DNA of 64,000 bases from Bacteroidia bacterium (GTDB lineage: Bacteria; Bacteroidota; Bacteroidia; Flavobacteriales; Flavobacteriaceae), in contig JAUIJA010000009.1 of the NCBI GenBank assembly GCA_030431055.1, forward strand, positions 14,665 through 78,664, written 5' to 3'. Of the stretch, positions 61,367 through 64,000 are shown in pieces. How positions within the stretch are numbered: the stretch's first letter is position 1; every line of letters begins with the position of its first letter. The translations under genes were made by a program, and so were the position numbers. The notes beneath the pieces were generated by a model. It saw nothing but the letters and a program-made list of their open reading frames with translations, made no database searches and was not told where the DNA came from.

Positions 61367-61396
61367 GAATTGTAGAATTTTATGGATGAATTGTAG
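61367..61396 (-). promoter_or_regulatory. Probable LytTR binding site
   Basis: Perfect 9-bp direct repeat CTACAATTC-N12-CTACAATTC upstream of the operon encoding the LytTR regulator. Confidence 0.7.
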
Positions 61397-61431
61397 CGAA
61401 TCATTACATTTGAACTTTGAAACAGATTAAA

Positions 61432-62346
61432 ATGAATTACCAACTACTTTTAGAAAATATCTATAACGAAGTTAAATCTTTGGAAAGCAAAGGTGAAATT
61501 GCCGATTACATTTCTGAATTAGCAAAAATTAATCCAGATAAATTTGGTGTTTCTCTAGTTGATTCTGCTGGAAATATTTTTGAAGTTGGCGATACTAAAG
61601 AAACATTTTCTATTCAAAGTATTTCAAAAGTATTAACAACTGCTATTATTTTTGCTAAAAAAGGAAATAAATTATGGAAACGTGTAGGCTTTGAGCCTTC
61701 TGGTGATCCATTTAATTCGCTTATTCAATTAGAATATGAAAACGGAATTCCAAGAAATCCTTTTATAAATGCTGGTGCGCTTGTAATTGCCGACTTAATG
61801 CTTGACTATTTTGATAACCCGAAAGAGTATTTTTTAGATTTTGTTAGAGTTTTAGCTGATAATCCTACAATTCAAGTAAACGAGAAAATCGCACAGTCTG
61901 AAGCAGAACATGGATTTAGAAATGCTGCATTAGTCAATTTTATAAAGTCTTACGGAAACATCAATAATAATCCAGAAGATGTTTTAGATTTCTATTATTT
62001 TCAATGTGCAATTGAAATGACCACAACCGATTTATCGAAGTGTTTTAGAGTTTTTGCGAATCAAGGCGTAATTCCGAATACAAACGAGTTATTCTTAAGT
62101 AAAAGTCAGTGTAAAAAAATGAATGCTTTAATGCAAATGTGCGGATTTTACGATCAAGCTGGCGAATTTACCTTTAAAGTTGGTTTACCCGGAAAAAGTG
62201 GTGTTGGCGGTGGCGTAGTAGCACTTTTACCTAATCAATACACGGTAACTGTTTGGAGTCCAAAACTAAACAAAAAAGGAAATTCTTATTACGCATTAGA
62301 AGTATTAGAGCGACTTACTACGGAAACCGGAACATCAATATTTTAA
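61432..62346 (+). CDS. glsA: Glutaminase
   Basis: FSIQSISK, NPFINAGA, PGKSGVGGG; TACATTTG box at 61405. Confidence 0.95.
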   Translation: MNYQLLLENIYNEVKSLESKGEIADYISELAKINPDKFGVSLVDSAGNIFEVGDTKETFSIQSISKVLTTAIIFAKKGNKLWKRVGFEPSGDPFNSLIQLEYENGIPRNPFINAGALVIADLMLDYFDNPKEYFLDFVRVLADNPTIQVNEKIAQSEAEHGFRNAALVNFIKSYGNINNNPEDVLDFYYFQCAIEMTTTDLSKCFRVFANQGVIPNTNELFLSKSQCKKMNALMQMCGFYDQAGEFTFKVGLPGKSGVGGGVVALLPNQYTVTVWSPKLNKKGNSYYALEVLERLTTETGTSIF

Positions 62347-62410
62347 AAAACATTGTGTCTGTAAACTCATAAATAATACTTAATTTTGCTAATCCTAAAA
62401 TAAAACGATT

Positions 62411-62929
62411 ATGATTTATAAATTCCGTGTTATACTAGATGCCGAAGAGGATATTTTTAGAGATATTGCAATTGAAAAGGAAGCTAATTTAGAGGATTTT
62501 CACAACGCTATTGTAAACGCTTTTGGTTTCGACGGAAGCGAAATGGCAGCTTTTTATACTTGTGACGATGACTGGACGCAAGACGAAGAAATTCCGCTTT
62601 TTGATACAGGAGATGTTCCAGGAGAAATGAGCATTATGAATAATTTCACGCTTGAAGATGTTTTACACCAAGAGCAAACTAAAATTATTTATGTTTATGA
62701 TTTCTTTAATATGTGGACATTCTTAGTTGAACTTGCTGCAATTGAGGAAAAAGAAGAAGGCGAAAGTTATCCTATTCTTTTATTTTCACACGGACAATTA
62801 CCAACAGAAGCACCAGATATGAATTTTGAAGCTGAAAATCAACCTTCAGGTTTTTCAGAAGATGATTTTGATGTTTTTGATGGCGATGATAGCTTTGAAG
62901 ATTTCGGATTTGATGAAAATTGGAATTAG
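62411..62929 (+). CDS. pRiA4b ORF-3-like conserved acidic protein
   Basis: FRDIAI, LEDFHNAI, YVYDFFNMWTF; TAATTTTG box at 62381. Confidence 0.75.
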   Translation: MIYKFRVILDAEEDIFRDIAIEKEANLEDFHNAIVNAFGFDGSEMAAFYTCDDDWTQDEEIPLFDTGDVPGEMSIMNNFTLEDVLHQEQTKIIYVYDFFNMWTFLVELAAIEEKEEGESYPILLFSHGQLPTEAPDMNFEAENQPSGFSEDDFDVFDGDDSFEDFGFDENWN

Positions 62930-63012
62930 TTTAATTCATCAATACAACAATTTAATTAATGTATCAATTTTAATTGCTACATTTTTACATTAAACCATTT
63001 TTACATTAGAAA

Positions 63013-64000
63013 ATGATCAATCTATATAACACACACATCGAAAGTTTATCCATTCACCGAGTGGGAAATAAAAGTAAGAACGAAGGTGTTTTTCTTTCTA
63101 ATAAACCTTACGAATTAAACGATGAAATTACACCTTTATTAAAAGAGTTTTTCTTTAAACCTTTTCGCGATAAAGAAGAAAACTACTATCAGTTTGCGCA
63201 CGATGTAGATTTAGAATACAACGAAATGTACAATTTTGCTTCGGAAGCCTTTAACAATCCGAGTGATATTCACAACATTTCAAAAAAAATAAGTCAGCAT
63301 TTATTTGAGCAATCAAATCATCCGCATATTAAAAACGGAGAAGTTTATGTTGCGTATTTGTCACACGTAGGAATCGACAATCAAACGGTGGAAGCTATTG
63401 GTGTTTTCAAAAGTGAAATTAAAACCGATTTCTTACAATTTGAAGAAAACGAAAGCAATTTAGATATCGTTTTACAACAAGGAATCAACTTAAACAAGTT
63501 AGATAAAGGTTGTATTATTTTCAATTACAAAAAAGAAGAAGGTTACAAAATTTTAACCGTAGATAGCAATCGTTACGACGCGCGTTATTGGTTAGAAAAT
63601 TTCCTTTCGGTAGATGTTTTTCAAGATGAAAACTTCATGACAAAAAAATATCTTCAATTCTGTAAAGACTTTGCAAAAGATGTGGTTTTACCAGCCGAAG
63701 ACAAACAACAAGAAGTAATGTTTATGAATCGTGCAATAAATCACTTTGCTAAAAACGACGATTTTGAAGAAACCAACTTCTTAAATGAAGTAATGGAAAA
63801 TCCTGAGTTTATTCCTGAGTTTAAAAACTATAAAGTTGACAAAGGAGCAAAATATAGCATCGAAGATGTTTCCAACTTCCCTATTTCGAATCCTGCAGTA
63901 AGCGATGCGAGAAAGAAAATTAAAAATACCATTCAACTTGATACAAACATTCAAATTAAACTGGACTTTATAAACCCAGAAAGCGCCGAAAAATTTGTAG
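63013..64000 (+). CDS. Nucleoid-associated protein (NdpA/YejK-like), runs off window
   Basis: Missing from the ORF track. Manual translation: MINLYNTHIESLSIHRVGNK...IKNGEVYVAY...DKGCIIF...YWLENFL. Confidence 0.85.
   Translation, partial: MINLYNTHIESLSIHRVGNKSKNEGVFLSNKPYELNDEITPLLKEFFFKPFRDKEENYYQFAHDVDLEYNEMYNFASEAFNNPSDIHNISKKISQHLFEQSNHPHIKNGEVYVAYLSHVGIDNQTVEAIGVFKSEIKTDFLQFEENESNLDIVLQQGINLNKLDKGCIIFNYKKEEGYKILTVDSNRYDARYWLENFLSVDVFQDENFMTKKYLQFCKDFAKDVVLPAEDKQQEVMFMNRAINHFAKNDDFEETNFLNEVMENPEFIPEFKNYKVDKGAKYSIEDVSNFPISNPAVSDARKKIKNTIQLDTNIQIKLDFINPESAEKFV

Noticed and set aside
62411-62929. pRiA4b ORF-3-like gene as a mobile element
   Set aside because: No transposase, IRs or target duplication; has its own promoter in a core-looking context.

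Overview
AT-rich chromosomal segment, most likely from Flavobacterium (Bacteroidota): TAnnTTTG -7 promoter boxes, SD-less A-rich leaders, a T9SS type-B CTD protein and typical gene order. Protein content is mostly core or conserved: asnB (partial), a Gre-like factor, an OM barrel + giant TPR pair, ftsE, a glycosyltransferase/wzx/FdtA-FdtB cluster, an RDD-SpoIIM-DUF4129-DUF4350-MoxR-DUF58 operon, trmH-family, rel, fur, purA, aroE, mazG, def, ruvX, dapD, an LPS-core type cluster, tsaC, cca, ctaA, a LytTR/2TM/His-kinase module, glsA and a nucleoid-associated protein (partial). I saw no tRNA, rRNA, CRISPR, prophage or transposase. The most unusual signals are non-coding. (i) A REP-like palindrome family (GTCA...TGAC ends) forms six intergenic clusters, one apparently nested. 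Family motifs also appear in-frame inside dapD and trmH, and a related palindrome lies inside the DegT gene. (ii) A ~163-bp multi-stem element with a possible pseudoknot sits upstream of ftsE. (iii) A hairpin insertion with a 17-bp duplication seems to have rewritten the mazG C-terminus. (iv) 7/8-bp periodic tracts occur at many gene junctions. Also seen: an orphan HEPN-like gene, a frameshifted ABM gene and a LytTR-type direct-repeat site. All family assignments come from motif recognition without database searches.
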